A stretch of 64,000 nucleotides of DNA from Macrostomum lignano (Eukaryota), in the NCBI GenBank assembly GCA_002269645.1, contig NIVC01001029.1, positions 85,847 through 149,846 of the forward strand, written 5' to 3'. The first letter of the stretch is position 1; each line of letters begins with the position of its first letter. This document shows, piece after piece, positions 1-11,330 of the stretch. The notes under the pieces are model-generated. The model was given only the letters and a program-made list of their open reading frames with translations. It did not search any database and was not told the DNA's origin. The position numbers and the translations under genes were made by a program.

Positions 1-127
1 TTGCATCTGAATCAGAAGCAGTAGTGCTAGCACTCGATTCCGTTTGCCAAACAAAATTGCATGTTGGCGGATGCTATTGTTTAAAAACTTTCATGTTGTA
101 CAAATTGAAGGCAAGGACATTGGTCCG

Positions 128-915
128 AAGTGATCTGGGAGGGTGTTAGGTGGCATAGCAACTGGGGATCTGGGAGGGTGACAGGTGACATACCAGTAGC
201 AACTGGGGATCTGGGAGGGTGACAGGTGGCATAGCAACTGGGGATCTGGGAGGGTGACAGGTGGCATAGCAACTGGAGATCTGGGAGGGTGACAGGTGGC
301 ATAGCAACTGGAGATCTGGGAGGGTGACAGGTGGCATAGCAACTGGAGATCTGGAGGGTGACAGGTGACATAGCAACTGGAGATCTGGGAGGGTGACAGG
401 TGACATAGCAACTGGAGATCTGGGAGGGTGACAGGTGGCATAGCAACTGGAGATCTGGGAGGGTGACAGGTGACATAGCAACTGGAGATCTGGGAGGGTG
501 ACAGGTGACATAGCAACTGGAGATCTGGGAGGGTGACAGGTGGCATAGCAACTGGAGATCTGGGAGGGTGACAGGTGGCATAGCAACTGGAGATCTGGGA
601 GGGTGACAGGTGACATAGCAACTGGAGATCTGGGAGGGTGACAGGTGACATAGCAACTGGAGATCTGGGAGGGTGACAGGTGGCATAGCAACTGGAGATC
701 TGGGAGGGTGACAGGTGCATAGCAACTGGAGATCTGGGAGGGTGACAGGTGCATAGCAACTGGAGATCTGGGAGGGTGACAGGTGCATAGCAACTGGAGA
801 TCTGGAGGGTGACAGGTGGCATAGCAACTGGAGATCTGGGAGGGTGACAGGTGACATAGCAACTGGAGATCTGGGAGGGTGACAGGTGACATAGCAACTG
901 GGGATCTGGGAGACT
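128..915. repeat. 35-bp minisatellite (TAGCAACTGGAGATCTGGGAGGGTGACAGGTGGCA)n, ~22 copies
   Basis: Direct tandem periodicity; explains the repetitive ORFs 81..962, 91..897 and 146..928. Confidence 0.97.
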
Positions 916-1292
916 GGCGGTGACTCACTAATTGAGGATCTGGGAGGCTTGCTGTGACCCACTAATTGAGGATCTGGGAGGCTGGCGGTGACCCACTAAT
1001 TGAGGATCTGGGAGGCTGGCGGTGACTCACTAATTGAGAATCTGGGAGGCTGGCGGTGACTCACTAATTGAGGATCTGGGAGGCTGGCGGTGACTCACTA
1101 ATCGAGGATCTGGGAGGCTGACGGTGACTCACTAATTGAGGATCTGGGAGGCTGGCGGTGACTCACTAATTGAGGATCTGGGAGGCTTGCGGTGACTCAA
1201 TAATTGAGGATCTGGGAGGCTGGCGGTGACTCACTAATTGAGGATTTGGGAGGCTTGCTGTGACTCACAATTGAGGATCTGGGAGGCTGGTT
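916..1292. repeat. 34-bp minisatellite (CTAATTGAGGATCTGGGAGGCTGGCGGTGACTCA)n, ~11 copies, related to the adjacent 35-bp array
   Basis: Unit starts at 962 and 996 (34-bp period); shares the core GATCTGGGAGG with the upstream array. Confidence 0.95.
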
Positions 1293-2271
1293 CTAGAATG
1301 AGGCAGCATGATAAGCCACTGCAGCAAAATTGCAGCAACACTGCAACAATAGCTTGCCTAGCCCCCGCTTTATCAAATCTAACACGAGAATTAGAATTCC
1401 AATACTAAATTGCCTACACACTACTGCAAGTAGAGCAATCGGTAAGCAGACAGAGTAAAAAAGCGAATATATGATACTCAAGCATCAGCAGACAGTCAAA
1501 ATCAAACTGCGGGACAAGTAAAAAATGCAAATTAGAAACAAACTGGACAGAAGCAGAGAGAAAGCAAGAGACACAGATGAGACAGTAAAAGAAGCAGAAA
1601 ACTTAGCCCGATACAAATTGGCTTCAAGTGAAAAAATACAGTTTTGCGTTGTCATTGGGTTTGATTTGGGCTCCTGTGCATGTAAAAGGTATACATGGGA
1701 TAAGCATATGATCCGGCCATCTGCTAGGTCGGTCAGAGGCCCAGGCGGGTATCCAAATCACTGCTGCTGAAAGATTCAGATGCAGAGAAGCAAACATGTA
1801 AGCAATAACAAGTGATAGTTATGATATAAATGATTTACAACCCAAAGCCCCTCCCAAAGTCAGGTAGGGCGGAAACCGCGCATTCAATTTGATTGCTGAA
1901 CACAAGCGAGAAAATTAGCATGCCATAATAGCAAGGCATGTGCCTGTCTCCGTGGGTAGTTGGGATAAAATGAACAAGTTCGTGTGTAATAAAAATGATA
2001 TAGTCACAAATAAGACACAGGCTTAACAAAAACTGCAGAGATCAAGCAGCCGTCTGCGGCACATGCTTAGCTAATAAATAAAGATTTACAAATGAAGATA
2101 TATGCAATATAAAGCCAGAAATAAACAAGTCTGCAAACTCAAGTCTACTGTTAGTAGTCTGTTGGAAAGTGAAGATATTGCTTACTGTTTATGAGGATTG
2201 CTTTTATAGATTTACATATAAATATAAACCTAAAGAAGAAAGGGCGAGGCAGCAAGAGACACACTGAAACC

Positions 2272-3384
2272 TCAGTCGCGGCATTTTATACAGAAGAATT
2301 CTATATCGTCCAAGTTGACGTCGTCGTCCAGGTCTGTGCACATCACGTGATACCAGCTGTTGCAGGAGTCGCAGCACACCCAGTTCACGTTCGGGTCCTT
2401 CGGCTTGATGCAGGTCAGCGACTCGCACGGCTCGCCATCGATGTGAAACTGACCGCTAGGGTCGCCGCCGCCAGCTGCTACAGCCGCCGACGACGAGCCC
2501 GAAGGCCGGCCGGAACTGCCACGCGACTGCTTCGACTGTTTAGAAGGCCGGGAGCCGCCGCCTGATTTGCTGGACCGGCTGGCGCCGCTCTTGCGCTGCG
2601 CCGAGCCGACTGAGCCGCCTTTGCCGCCGGAGTCCACCGAGGACTGCCGCTTCGCCGCCGCAGACGAAGACTTTTTAGTGTCGGACTTTTTGCCTTCGCC
2701 CGACGACTTTTTCGATGCGGAGCCGCCTCCGCCAATCGAGGCGGCCGACGACTTCGAGGCCGAGACGGGTGGCGCCGGGTGAGGCGCCATCGCCGGCGAC
2801 AGGTCGTTGCTAGGCGAGCTCTGCGAAGACGACATTGACGAGTCCGGCGACTTGTCACGCGCCCGCTTAGCCGAGGCGGCGCCGCGCGAACCACCGGCCT
2901 CGCCGCCGCTCAGGCGCTTCCGGCCGCCGTCGCCGTGAGTCGCCGTAGGCTTGTGATCGCCTGACGAGGCGGGAGGTCCCGCCGGGCCAGTCGGGCTGTT
3001 CGACACCTTCTCGAACACAAACTTTAGCTCGGAACGGAAGCCGTTGACTGTGGAGCCCGGCTTGATGTTGAAGCCGTTGACGTGCCCGAAGCAGATGATG
3101 TCGCCCACGACCAGCAGCTTGGAGGACAGGATTCGGGTGTAGTTAATGTACGTGCCGTTCAGACTGTGATCCACCAGGAAGTACCGGTTGCCCTTCTCCT
3201 CTGCGCGCACCTCTGCGTGCTTTCTGCTGACCATCATCGGGTTCACCTGCGACTCGATGACGCAATCAGGCGGAGTCTTGCTGCTGGCCCGGCCAATGAT
3301 GGTGGATTGGCGGCGGATTATTATAACGCTTGGCGTCTTGCCGAAGCCCTCGCGGTCGCTGATGCGGCGCAGCTGGTAGGTCAT
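2272..3384 (-). CDS. TCF19: TCF19-like FHA + PHD-finger protein, single exon, ~370 aa
   Basis: N-terminal FHA (IGR...VSRKHAEV...DHSLNGTYIN...GDIICFG...ELKFVFEKV) and C-terminal PHD (CESLTCIKPKDPNVNWVCCDSCNSWYHVMC...FFCIKC) give the TCF19 architecture. The likely start is Met40 of the listed ORF (ATG at 3384), preceded by a CATTACAG acceptor at 3402-3403. Confidence 0.85.
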   Translation of the reverse strand: MTYQLRRISDREGFGKTPSVIIIRRQSTIIGRASSKTPPDCVIESQVNPMMVSRKHAEVRAEEKGNRYFLVDHSLNGTYINYTRILSSKLLVVGDIICFGHVNGFNIKPGSTVNGFRSELKFVFEKVSNSPTGPAGPPASSGDHKPTATHGDGGRKRLSGGEAGGSRGAASAKRARDKSPDSSMSSSQSSPSNDLSPAMAPHPAPPVSASKSSAASIGGGGSASKKSSGEGKKSDTKKSSSAAAKRQSSVDSGGKGGSVGSAQRKSGASRSSKSGGGSRPSKQSKQSRGSSGRPSGSSSAAVAAGGGDPSGQFHIDGEPCESLTCIKPKDPNVNWVCCDSCNSWYHVMCTDLDDDVNLDDIEFFCIKCRD

Positions 3385-6300
3385 TTGGCCTGCCTGACTG
3401 GCTGTAATGTGCATGAATTTATGCATAGCAACTATGGTTAAAAGGTAAATAAATAATACATGGCGAGGGGCCCAGCCAAGGTTGGTCACAAAAATGCTCA
3501 AAAATACAGAGTACTAATTAGATGATGAAGCAATGTGCCTTAATAACACAGTCATAGTTACTTCCACCATTTACCATTAATGTTAATTTATCTGTTTATT
3601 TCATAGGTAAGTCACATTTTAGTCACATGACCAATGTAAATCAGTTGCTTGCGCATGTATGTGATTAAATGTGTTTAAATAACAATGCCTTGCATATGTA
3701 AATTCTTAAAATTATTGTTTATTGAAACTAATAGTGATATAACCTTACTTTGGTAGTTTTAGGATTTATAAGTATTTGACTAGAGGCCTAATATACAACA
3801 CAATGCTATAATACTCTAAGCAGTATTTGGGAGTTATACCTATTTAGCTTAATAGCTAGATTTTTTGTGTCATAGGCATGTCATAGGCAATACAATTCTT
3901 ACTCAAAAGAATTGAGTAAAAGAAGGTTGCTTATCTTTTGAATGAAAACAATGCATGTTTTTAACTTTATTTGAGAATAACTAATAAAATATGTACTATA
4001 TTATATTAAACTTGCTTTTTCTTTTTTAAAACATGTAACTTTTTAATGAAAGAAAGATTTTTTGTATAGAAACAATTTCTACTAGAGTTACACTCCTTTT
4101 TTAGGACTTTTAATGAAAAACACATAGAAAGTTCAATAATAAAAAGGCAAATATGGTAGTTCAAAATAGCTCTAAAAAGTTTTAGCCTATAATGTTATTA
4201 AAAATATGTTACTATATATTCAATAAATATATAATATTATATTTATATTATTTTAATTTAGATGTATTAGCTTACTATATATGGTTTTGCATACTATTAA
4301 TAGAAGTTTAGTTAAAAAAGTTTTTTACTTTAATTTTCAATGTGTCAATCTCATATTTTATGTTTATAATATTAGCTAATATCATTTTTAATCTATATAA
4401 TGTATAATATTGAAGTGTTTAAATTGTAGAAATAAAAATATAGCCTTATATATATAGAATATTATTATATAAAAAGTTTACTAGAAGTCTTTCTATAAGT
4501 TTCTTTATATTTAAATTGTCTAATTTAATTAGCTAGTGAGAATATGGCCTATTCTAAGATGTGCATAATTACTTGTACCATTTACCCAAATATACAAAAA
4601 ATAAAATACCAAATTTTTATTAGTGTGCGCCATTGTGTAGGGATATGCCATTTTACCTACTTATTTTTACATTGTTTTCTAATGAAAAAATGAAAAAAAA
4701 TATAGCTACTTCTTTTATCTCGTTAAAAATAATAAAAATAATGATTTTTTGTGGGAATTTGTATCTATTTTGATGATATACTAACTTTAGTGAGTGACAA
4801 GAGCTAGGTAGGCTAAGCTTCTTTTGCTAAATTTAATCATTTTTGCATAAGAAATCAAATAGAAAGTTAAAAACAATGCTGCCTATAGTCTAAGTATAAA
4901 AAATTGCTTTGATTCTTTTGAAGGCAAAAAACTAAATACAGGCCTATGACTAAAATATTTTTTAACCAAAAAAAGATATTTTAGATAGTAAATTAATTGT
5001 AAAATAATTTTTAAAAAGAAAATTGCTTTAACTCTGCTTTGTATATAAAATTTGACATTTTTGACAGTACTTTTTTGTGAAATTGGACTCAATTTTTAGT
5101 TTTTACTGAAGTTAGATAATATAACTTTGCAATTATTCAATCAATCAATTTATGTGATATATTGTTAGAAAGTATTTTTAAGTAGAATATTTCCTTCTAT
5201 ACCACTTATTTCTATTCTTAGTTATCTAGGTTAGGCCTATTTTATTTTTTAAGCAAGATAAATATCTTTTTTATATTTTTTCATTTGGTCACATTTTTAT
5301 TCATCTTATTGAAGTCCCCAGTTATATCAAGTAGTGGCAACAATGGTCACAATGTTTAGGCCTAATCATAGTGGTAAATTTAAAAAGGAGGCACACAGGG
5401 CATAAAGGGCCTACCCCATTGAGTTTTATTTTGTTATTTTTAGAAAATACACCATTGGGATAATAATAATAATAATAGATATTTATATGTATATTCAAGC
5501 AAGCAAAAAACCCCCGCCACTGCATTGCATCATGGCATCATGCATAGAGCATAGGCCTAGCTAGCTTAAAGTCATAACATAAGACAGGTCTAGGACTGTA
5601 TAAAATCAAATTTAACTATCAAAACTCATTAGCCTAACAAAAGCACGGCATAGGCCTATGAGTATGAGTATGGCTAGAGGCCAGCCAGCCAGGCCAGGCT
5701 AACTGCCAGTTGCCATTGCCCAATAGTTTTAATTTACTCAACTTTTCTAGGTTGCAAAAAATGGTGAAAGTTATTTTGAACAATGTATTTGAATTGTGTG
5801 AATATGTCATATGCTAATGACAGTGTGCATGTTCCAAGCACCGCTATTAGCTCCCATTGACTGAAACTGTAGGCCCAGCTAAGCCACCTAGTTAACGCGC
5901 GTGTGCGAGCCGCGCGTATAACCTTTTTTTTATTGCATTTGAAATTGCACACTTTTCTAATAATTTCTAGAGTAAAACCAATAATGCCACTTCATAACTC
6001 TCCTACAACATACAAATATGCAGTTAAATACAAAAAAAGATTTTTTTACTTTTTATACAAAATTTTAATTAGTTAGAGTGCTAAAATAGGAATACACCTA
6101 GTTTTAGAAACTTTTTTAACTTAAATAGTCAGATGTAATTAATCTGACCGTTTGTCTGAGCCAAACTTACTACTACTACTACTAATCTAACTAACTAGAT
6201 TAGTAGTTAGAATCGAAGTAGTAGTTAGATCGATTAGTAGTTAGAATCTTTTAGTGATAAAGTGATAAAATCACTTTAAGTGATAAAATCTTCTAACACA

Positions 6301-8015
6301 TAGGCGAAGTCCAATGATTTTTCGCGTTGGGGGCAATATGAAAAAGAAAAAGTTCCCTAAACCTTTTAGCATGATTTCGGTGGGGGGCGGCCAAATTACG
6401 CCAAATATGATATGTATTTATTATATTTGTTATAGGATTTCTTTTTTATTATCATCATTTTGGCGTAAAAAACTGGGGCACCGAAAAGCACGGGCACCGA
6501 AATGCATGGTAACCGGCTGGGGCTCAGGCCCCAAGGCTCCCTGGCTGCTCCCGCTACGCTACTGTCCTGTGTCCTAACCTTTTTTCTTGTGTGAATCTTG
6601 AGTTTAATAGTTATCGTGCTTATCTATTTAAAAAACTTAAAGAACAATTAACTATGCATGGACTGCTGCGCGAAATTATTTTAAGTAAAACTGCCTTCAA
6701 TTAGAATATCATGAGTTATAAAATCTCAAAGCCTACGCCCTACTGTATGCAAGACAATGGGCCTACTCTGGGTTGTAGTGTACCCTTCTAAAGTGTACTT
6801 CAGTGTAAATTTATGAGCCCATAGGGCAAGCTAGTGGAAACTTCAAGTTTAAATTTTAATGTTCTTTTAGTACTATTAGTTCCTCAATTTGTCTAGCTTT
6901 TATACCTTTAATCTGGACATTTCATCTCAATTAGAAGTAATTTCATAAATTAGACCTAAGCCATATCATTTTATTAGACCAAAATTGCCAAAAAGTAGTA
7001 TGAAAATTTAAAAAAAAGTTTATTATTACATAATTTTGTGTTGTTTTAATTATTCACAATGATTAGAGAATAACCTAACTAGCTATTTTTTATCATTAGA
7101 AATAAAAATTCTTGCATTATAACTTTTAGAGTTTAGCATTAATTATGTTTTTAATTTTTTATCCTAGAACTTTTTAATTTATTTATAATTAGTTTAGTTA
7201 AGTAAGCAATATAAATAAATTTAAAAGACAAAACCAACAAGAACCATTTTCTTTTCTAAATATTTATAGATACCAATAATATTAGTGGCAAATAAAACAA
7301 AAGCTCTATTTTGTACAATATGTTTTGTTGAACACACAGTATTATCAGAAAGAATAAAATATTTGTGAAAAAAAATAGGATAAAATACATGCAAATATAA
7401 ATTATACATTGGAGCATACTGTACAAAAAAGCTAGAATTGTGTAAACTTATTTTACAAAGTCAATAGAGCTAAAAAATTCTGAGATACACACTGTTGTCA
7501 CTCCTTGCTAATTCCTTCCTAATTTTTGTTTGGCATCAGTATCATTGGTACATGTATCTACACATACTCAGAAAATAAAATGTTGCTTGTCAGCTTTGTC
7601 TTTTTAATCTTATTAAAGAAAAGTAGCCTGCCTCAATATAAATAAAGAATCATCATTTTTATAAAGGGATAATCAATGGTAAGGGATACTATTCTTTCAG
7701 AGACCAAAAATTATTGACTTATTAGTTCTATAGGAATATACTAAGCCTATCTTATACCCTAAATGCCTAATGCTTATACCACTAAATATTTTAAGGCATT
7801 TTAAGTCTTATGATCTAATATTAATGTATTTATAAACTCATATCAATATAAAAAGCTTTTTTGTTTTATTTTTATCACCTAGATTTATTTGAATTTGAAA
7901 TTAAACAATGCTTTTGGATTCTACAAAATTGCCTTTCTAGTAGTTATGTCATTAGCATTAGCAATACACAGTAATATAAATATATACTTCTGCCATTAGG
8001 TCCAATCAGTCAGAG

Positions 8016-8029
8016 GTTGTCATGGCAAC
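8016..8029. promoter_or_regulatory. RFX X-box GTTGTCATGGCAAC overlapping the start codon
   Basis: Fits the GTHNYY-AT-RRNAAC X-box consensus; contains the ATG at 8022 of a ciliary-type gene. Confidence 0.6.
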
Positions 8030-8507
8030 GCGCAGCGAATACCAGAAAAACTATCGCAACTATACCAAGAAGGCCGCCGAGGAATACCAGGAGCACCTTC
8101 GTTATCGCCAGCTTCGCAAGTCAGCCGAATTCGCCCACCACGACTGGGCCTGGTCAGGCGTCGAGGTCGAAGACACGGCCACCCCCAGCGCTGCCTCCGC
8201 TTCTCCACCTCACGCAGTCGCATCTGGAAGCCCCCCGAAGCAGAAGGCGGCAACAGCAGCTGAGACCGAGCTGAAGCTCACCGACCTGCCGCCGTCTCGG
8301 CGACTATCGAAGGCCGAGCCGAGTCTGTCGACTCTGTCGCAGTCGGCTCGGAGACTGACTACCAAGAGCGCGAGGCCAACCTGCTGGACGACCCGCTGGC
8401 CGAGACAGCTGAAGAGACCGCAGCGCCGTCGCCGCCAATCGATGAGGCGGCTGAGAGGGCCAAAATTCGGCGGGCAATTCGCGAACTCAAATTGAAGAGG
8501 CAGGAAG
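8022..8507 (+). CDS. CCSAP: CCSAP-like (centriole, cilia and spindle-associated protein), exon 1, one apparent frameshift between ~8263 and ~8360
   Basis: N-terminus RSEYQKNY...YQEHLRYRQLRKSAEFAHHDWAW matches the CCSAP pattern KSEYMKRY...YRELLHYRLGRR...AHAPWLW. The shifted frame reads ...AKIRRAIRELKLKRQE up to the donor AAG|GTGAGC at 8507/8508. Confidence 0.75.
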
Positions 8508-8526
8508 GTGAGCGAATATTGACGGA

Positions 8527-9050
8527 GTGGGTCTGACAGGTGCTGACTGATGGGTCTGACAGGTGCTGACTGATGGGTCTGACAGGTGCTGACTGATGGG
8601 TCTGACGGGTGCTGACTGATGGGTCTGACAGGTGCTGACTGATGGGTCTGACAGGTGCTGACTGATGGTCTGACAGGTGCTGACTGACTGATGGGTCTGA
8701 CGGTGCTGCAGCTGACTGATGGTCTGACGGGCTGACATGACTGATGGGTCTGACAGGTGCTGACTGACTGATGGTCTGACAGGTGCTGACTGATGGGTCT
8801 GACAGGTGCTGACTGATGGGTCTGACAGGTGCTGACAGCCAGCTGACTGATGGGTCTGACAGGTGCTGACAGCCAGCTGACTGATGGGTCTGACAGGTGC
8901 TGACAGCCAGCTGACTGATGGGTCTGACAGGTGCTGGCAGCCAGCTGACTGATGGGTCTGACAGGTGCTGACTGATGATGTCTGACAGGTGCTGGCAGCC
9001 AGCTGACTGATGGGTCTGACAGGTGCTGGCAGCCAGCTGACTGATGGGTC
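8527..9050. repeat. Intronic 23-bp minisatellite (GACTGATGGGTCTGACAGGTGCT)n with longer variant units
   Basis: Tandem periodicity inside the CCSAP-like intron (8508-9116). Confidence 0.95.
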
Positions 9051-9116
9051 AAGCAATATTGAAATTTCACTACTGTCGAGTAGTATGCAACGCTCTAGAG
9101 TTAATTGTCTCTATAG

Positions 9117-9967
9117 AGTTGCAGAAGCAGCCGGCAGAGCAGCAACAGCAACGACAGCAGCAGCAGCAGCGGAGGCGGCGGCGGTACCATTGGCAGCAGC
9201 GGCGCCATCGCGAGCCGAGCCCGCCGCCGAGGCTGGCAGCCGGTACAGCAGCGACGAAGTAGATGCCGACGAGGAGTCGAACGATATCGATGAAACGGAC
9301 GAAGTCACCGACGACTACGAGGAGCAGCTGGCTGCGGCGAGGCGGCGAAGGCTGCGCCGGCGTCAGAGGCAACAGCAGGAGGCGCAGCAGAAGCAGAAAC
9401 AAGAACAACAGCAGCAGCAGAAGCAGCAAACTCGCACGGCAGCACAGCAGCAGAAGAAGCCGAAGCGGCGCGCAGCCCCGCCTGATTGCCCGCCATTGGA
9501 GCTGGACCGCGTGGCTGAAGACTCCGCTCAGGTGCTGTTCAATCACGAGGGCCAGTCGCAAAAGAAGAGTCTGCAACAGCAGAAGCAGCAGCCGGAGGCC
9601 GAGCCGCGGCCAATTTTCTATCCGTGGGGCATGGGCGATGAGGAGCGCCAGTACGGGCTGAAGCGGACCTTCAACGTGCGGGCAACGCGCGACGTCTACG
9701 ACTCGGCGCTGCGGGCCCGCGACCGCTGCCCGCCGTCTCGGACGCGTCCTGCCACGGCCGGTCTGGCGACAGCAGCAGGCGGCTGCTGGCCGCTCCGGCG
9801 GTCGCTCGGCTACGGCAGTCGCTGGCCGACTTGGCGCCTCGGCGCCTGGCGCTCAGGACGACTATTGGCTGTCGGAGTACGCGAAGAACTTCGCCAAGTA
9901 CGCGAACGCGCTGTACGCCAGGAACCGGCAGGCCTTGGCCAGTCGGGCCCGGGCCGACCTGCTATGA
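9117..9967 (+). CDS. CCSAP: CCSAP-like exon 2, with 1-2 apparent frameshifts
   Basis: Acceptor TCTCTATAG| at 9116. PIFYPWGMGDEERQYGLKRTFNVRATRDVYDSALRARDR matches the CCSAP motif PFALYGWGE...KTHNVCAS...IHESALRAKNR. The +1 frame gives DDYWLSEYAKNF (CCSAP ENPWMTEYMRCY) and ends at TGA 9965-9967. Confidence 0.72.
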
Positions 9968-10156
9968 GTTGAGCACCTGGCTCTGGCTGCGGCTCCGCCA
10001 ACTGGACTAGTATTGCTGTGCTGCTCTCACCGCAGATATTGCGATGACTAACTGGGTCACTAGAGCCGTGCTTAGTTTATTAGGTATCTCTTAGTTGCTA
10101 CCTACTGTTCAAAAAAGGAAACCATTTGCAGGGCTGCGGGCACCCTCCATCCTCCC

Positions 10157-10264
10157 GCAACCAGCGCTAAGGCAATTCTGCGCATGATCCGCTGACTCCT
10201 GAGTGCATGCAAGCGCGCCAATGTTGTACGCAGGCACGCGCTCTAATCGTCAGCATGTACACTC
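10157..10264 (-). mobile_element. Internal fragment of the tRNA-derived SINE family also at 58.0 and 62.1 kb
   Basis: CAACCAGCGCT.AGGC.ATTCTGC...ACTCCTGAG..CATGCAAGCGCGCCAAT..TGTACGCAGGCAC...CATGTACACTCT is shared with 62054-62203; internal deletion of about 45-50 bp. Confidence 0.7.
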
Positions 10265-10837
10265 TTATAACAAATAAAATAGTTGGATTGTAAAAGCTCA
10301 AAGTGACCCTTTAATTATTAAATTATCTGTTTTAGTTTTCTGAAGACTTAAAAAATACCGTAATTAGATTATCTATTATCGGTACGCTTTCTACGTTCCA
10401 TTTTTAGTACTTTTTCTCCTTATTTGCTATTCACTCTACTGAGAAGCATTCCGTCCCGTTTTTTTTGTTGTCCCTATTAGTTTCATTAGCTTTTGTGTAC
10501 ATGTAATCCCACCTTTTCCTCGATAATTCAGTTGGTTTTAAATGACAAATTATTTTTGGTGCATTGCACTACTCCCATTTTCATTATTAATTGTTATTAA
10601 TTATTTTGCGTACGTCAGCACGTTAATTGCTTGCTGATGACCTCAGGTGCTCCGGTTTGCTGGGCATTCCGCTGCGTTAAAGGATTTAAGATTATTAAGA
10701 AAATATTGACTGACATCAGCTTTGTCGCATGAGCTACTCTGGGTGGCTGGAAAAATGAATTTCCTCGAAATGTGTCTGTCAACAGCCATGCAGGGCATAA
10801 ATAAGCAATACAAAACAACGCGCTTGACTGGCATCTT

Positions 10838-11330
10838 TCGATTGGCTCCCGCCACCGCCGAAGTGAGGTGGGTGAGGCCTATCGATTTTCAGCCAATCCC
10901 GTAACCCCCGTCTCTGATAACTTAAATATTTATACTGGCCACTTTCTATTGGCTCCCGCAGACGCCGGAGTGAGGTGGGGGAGGCCTATCGATTTTCAGC
11001 CAATCCCTTAACCCTACCCGTCTCTGATAACTTCAATATTTATACTGGCCACTTTCTATTGGCTCCCGCCGACGCCGGAGTGAGGTGGGGGAGGCCTATC
11101 GATTTTCAGCCAATCCCTTAACCCTACCCGTCTCTGATAACTTAAATATTTATACTGGCCACTTTCTATTGGCTCCCGCCGACGCCGGAGTGAGGTGGGA
11201 GAGGCCTATCGATTTTCAGCCAATCCTTAACCCTACCCGTCTCTGATAACTTAAATATTTATACTGGCCACTTTCTTTTGGCTCCCGCCGACGCCGGAGT
11301 GAGGTGGGGGAGGCCTATCGATTTTCCGAT
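10838..11330. repeat. 110-bp tandem repeat, ~4.4 copies
   Basis: The anchor TTCT(A/T)TTGGCTCCC recurs at 10944, 11054, 11164 and 11273. Confidence 0.95.

Noticed and set aside
81-962. Three 260-293 aa minus-strand ORFs
   Set aside because: Translations of a stop-free 35-bp minisatellite; the same peptide recurs in all frames.
1293-1481. Hydrophobic 62-aa ORF as a possible exon
   Set aside because: No convincing splice sites or family motif.
2191-3441. Overlapping ORFs on the opposite strand or in other frames of the TCF19-like CDS
   Set aside because: Shadow ORFs of GC-rich coding sequence with no domain motifs.
2272-3501. Full 409-aa ORF start at 3501
   Set aside because: The first 39 codons are AT-rich, begin at a non-ATG start and lie upstream of an acceptor; homology begins at Met40.
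10643-10855. Possible tyrosine-recombinase/Crypton relic
   Set aside because: Only a vague resemblance; no catalytic motifs can be identified.
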